Shown here piece after piece: positions 48,904 through 64,000 of a stretch of DNA of 64,000 nt; positions within the stretch are counted from its first letter, which is position 1; each line of letters starts with the position of its first letter. The notes beneath the pieces were generated by a model that did not search any database, had not been told where the DNA came from, and was given only the letters and a program-made list of their open reading frames with translations. The translations under genes were made by a program, and so were the position numbers. Source of the DNA: Asterias rubens (lineage: Eukaryota). The DNA is taken from positions 20,274,001 to 20,338,000 of the forward strand of contig NC_047062.1 of NCBI RefSeq assembly GCF_902459465.1, in the 5' to 3' direction.

Positions 48904-49205
48904 TTTAACTTGGAAAATAACACAAAAATGTTTCCCGAATTCACACACCGAAGTGCAGTATTTCAAGCTCAAAATAATGTGATGAATATTATGAGCGGTA
49001 ACCTTTCAACAATACCCTTTCAACGTGTGTAATGTTTTTACTAAATTGGCACCAGTCTAGGTCTGCGGTCGATTAGTGTCAAACGAGGGCGCCCTTCATT
49101 ATTTTCAGTAATTGCTGATGGGGTAGACGACGAAGTTCACGGGAAGAGGCAGGCACAAATTTTAATGAAAATTGTTGCTCAAAAACTTGATAAATTCGTG
49201 TGAGC

Positions 49206-62076
<12,871 letters not shown>

Positions 62077-62175
62077 TCCTCTAGACCCTGGTACACAGCT
62101 ACGTTGTCATCCTGCCAGTTTCAGACTCTTCTAAACAAGAAAACAAAGTTACAAAAAGAAGCCAACTTGTGTTAA

Positions 62176-62573
62176 GGCACTGGACACTATTGGTAATACT
62201 CGAAACAATTGTTAGCATAAAAACTTACTTGGTAACGAACTATGGAGAGCTGTTGATAGTATAAAACCTGGCTCGCTCTGGAGAAACCTAGTTTTTGAGA
62301 AAGAAGTAACTAGCCTTTGAGAAAGACTCTGCTAGGGTCGAAACGTCAGGCCATTAACTATTTTTTGCAAAGAAGTAACTTCTCACTCAAATGTTAAAAG
62401 ACTTGAGGCCCGAAGCCTTTTTAGGCGTCTGAGAAAGCACACAAATTTGTGCAAAAAGGGTTGTTTTTCTTTCATTGAGTCAAATTTTTCACAGGTTTGT
62501 TATTTTATGCATATGTTGAGATACACCAAGTGAGAAGACTGGTCTTTGACAATTACCAATAGTGTCCAGTGCC
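62176..62573. mobile_element. Kolobok-type MITE family A carrying a 57-bp insertion
   Basis: TTAA|GGCACTGGACACTATTGGTAAT ... ATTACCAATAGTGTCCAGTGCC|TTAA, starting about 100 bp after the ZFYVE21 stop. Confidence 0.85.
62313..62351 (+). ncRNA. Minimal type I hammerhead ribozyme motif with U3-A8 core (Penelope-type)
   Basis: GCCT-TTGAGAAA-GACTCT-GCT-AGGGTC-GAAAC-GTC-AGGC. Stems I and II pair; G5, A6, A9, G12, A13, A14, A15.1-U16.1 and the GUC triplet are all present; C3-G8 is replaced by U3-A8. Confidence 0.65.
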
Positions 62574-64000
62574 TTAAAGTCCTCCAAGCGTCATACACTG
62601 TTTCTGCTGATGTATTGGCGGAAAATGGAGAGAATTCCAAAATGGATAGAATGAACTGTTATGTGTATTTACTTATCATGGTTCTGATGCACAGCGTAGA
62701 TGCAATTCAAAGTTTGCTTTCATAAAAGTTTCAAAATGGCTGTAGAGTGTGGAGAAATACAGTACTTACAGTAATTGCACGTTCATGAACATGGTGTAGA
62801 TATTGGCTATTAATCATAAGACTGTCAAATTTGTTAAAAATCAAGGCTTTTGTAACGAGGGGAAACAGAATGGTTGAGGGAACAAAAGTCTTAAAATGAG
62901 CACCAGTCTATAAATGCTTTGTTTGTTAACCATGTTAACTTCTACCGTTGGGACTAAAATATTTTATGGAGGAAAGGCTGCATTTTGCACACATACTGAA
63001 ATTACCTTGCATTTTGGTTGAAGTTAAATTGTCCATATTGTGAAACACTTGCATGATTAAAAGGTATACATTTTCAGCATTGAAAGTTTTGAAGTTGGTC
63101 AGTTTCTTTGTATTGTTTTAAACAGATCCACTGTCCTGTGTGAGTTTGGCAACTGTAATGTAAGTTGATAATGTTTATGTGTTTTTGTACATGCAAAGCT
63201 TCCTCTACAGTGGACAAGTATTTGTGTGTACATTAAAGGGAGTTGGCTCAGTTAGACTTCCTGTTCAATGTCAAGGGTCGCACTCACAACTCTGGGTAGG
63301 AATATTCAAGGTTTATCTATTCTATCATGTGGAAAAAACAATCGTGGAAAGGTTAATATTGTATTGCCATAAACAGTTGTTCACTAATCTTTGTGCAACA
63401 TCAGGATGATGTGTTCCTGGGGGCTTCAGTAACTTTCTCGGTCTCAAGGAAGTTATGTGTGGGAAAGGGGTACCATTTCAATAAACACCCATCTTGAAAA
63501 CCAACTTTTCTACCGTATGAATCTCCTGTTATTATAACTGTTTTGAAAAGACTAGTAATAGGCATTTGTGAATTTGGAAGAGGCAAATCGGCAATCACAT
63601 TGTTTGATTTGTATCATCTCACAAGAAAGGCTGACTTTTTGTATGCTTACTGGCATTTTTTAGGGTGACATCTGTTATTTGAAGCTGCAAAATGTAGGCG
63701 CATAATGCTGTTCAAAAATAGGGAAAATTAATACATGTGTACATGTAGCTTTCAGTTATTTCTTATGTTTTTTATACTGTCTGTTACCAACAAATACAAT
63801 GCATGTTTAAAAATCATCAGTATTTTGCTCTTTTCGAAATGATTGTATACAAACTTAGGAAATGTACAATTTAATGAATCAGTTCACATTTCTTTTATTA
63901 TTTACAAGTAATTCTAATGTATAGTTTTAATTAAGATGTTGAATTTGCATCGGGATAAAGACTATTATTTGGTTTGAACTTTACACCAATGTAATGTGTG

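Overview
AT-rich, intron-rich animal DNA. I infer an invertebrate deuterostome, possibly a sea star, but cannot prove this from the window. Reading splice sites by hand gives six spliced protein-coding genes, five of them complete and in frame. Left to right: (1) the 5' end of a secreted WAP-domain gene (minus strand, runs off the left edge); (2) a 16-exon, 730-aa receptor tyrosine kinase with a YWTD beta-propeller + single EGF ectodomain (minus); (3) KIF6 (plus, 19 exons, 925 aa); (4) APLF (plus, 12 exons, 657 aa) with an intact tRNA-Glu(CTC) in intron 1; (5) POLR2I/RPB9 (minus, 5 exons); (6) ZFYVE21 (plus, 7 exons), head-to-head with POLR2I. Introns and spacers hold many non-autonomous elements: TTAA-flanked Kolobok-type MITEs, CWG-flanked Harbinger-type MITEs, a TA-flanked MITE and tRNA-derived SINEs, some nested. 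The most unusual signals are: four Penelope-type minimal hammerhead ribozyme motifs, one apparently intact with a compensatory U3-A8 core and a 12-bp target duplication just downstream of the ZFYVE21 stop; a 15-copy minisatellite built from a KIF6 5' splice site, in which most extra donor copies sit in a self-complementary hairpin; the RTK domain architecture; and a ~365-bp fold-back. Most ORFs in the supplied track are exon fragments or noise. Family assignments rest on motif recognition from memory; no searches were run.
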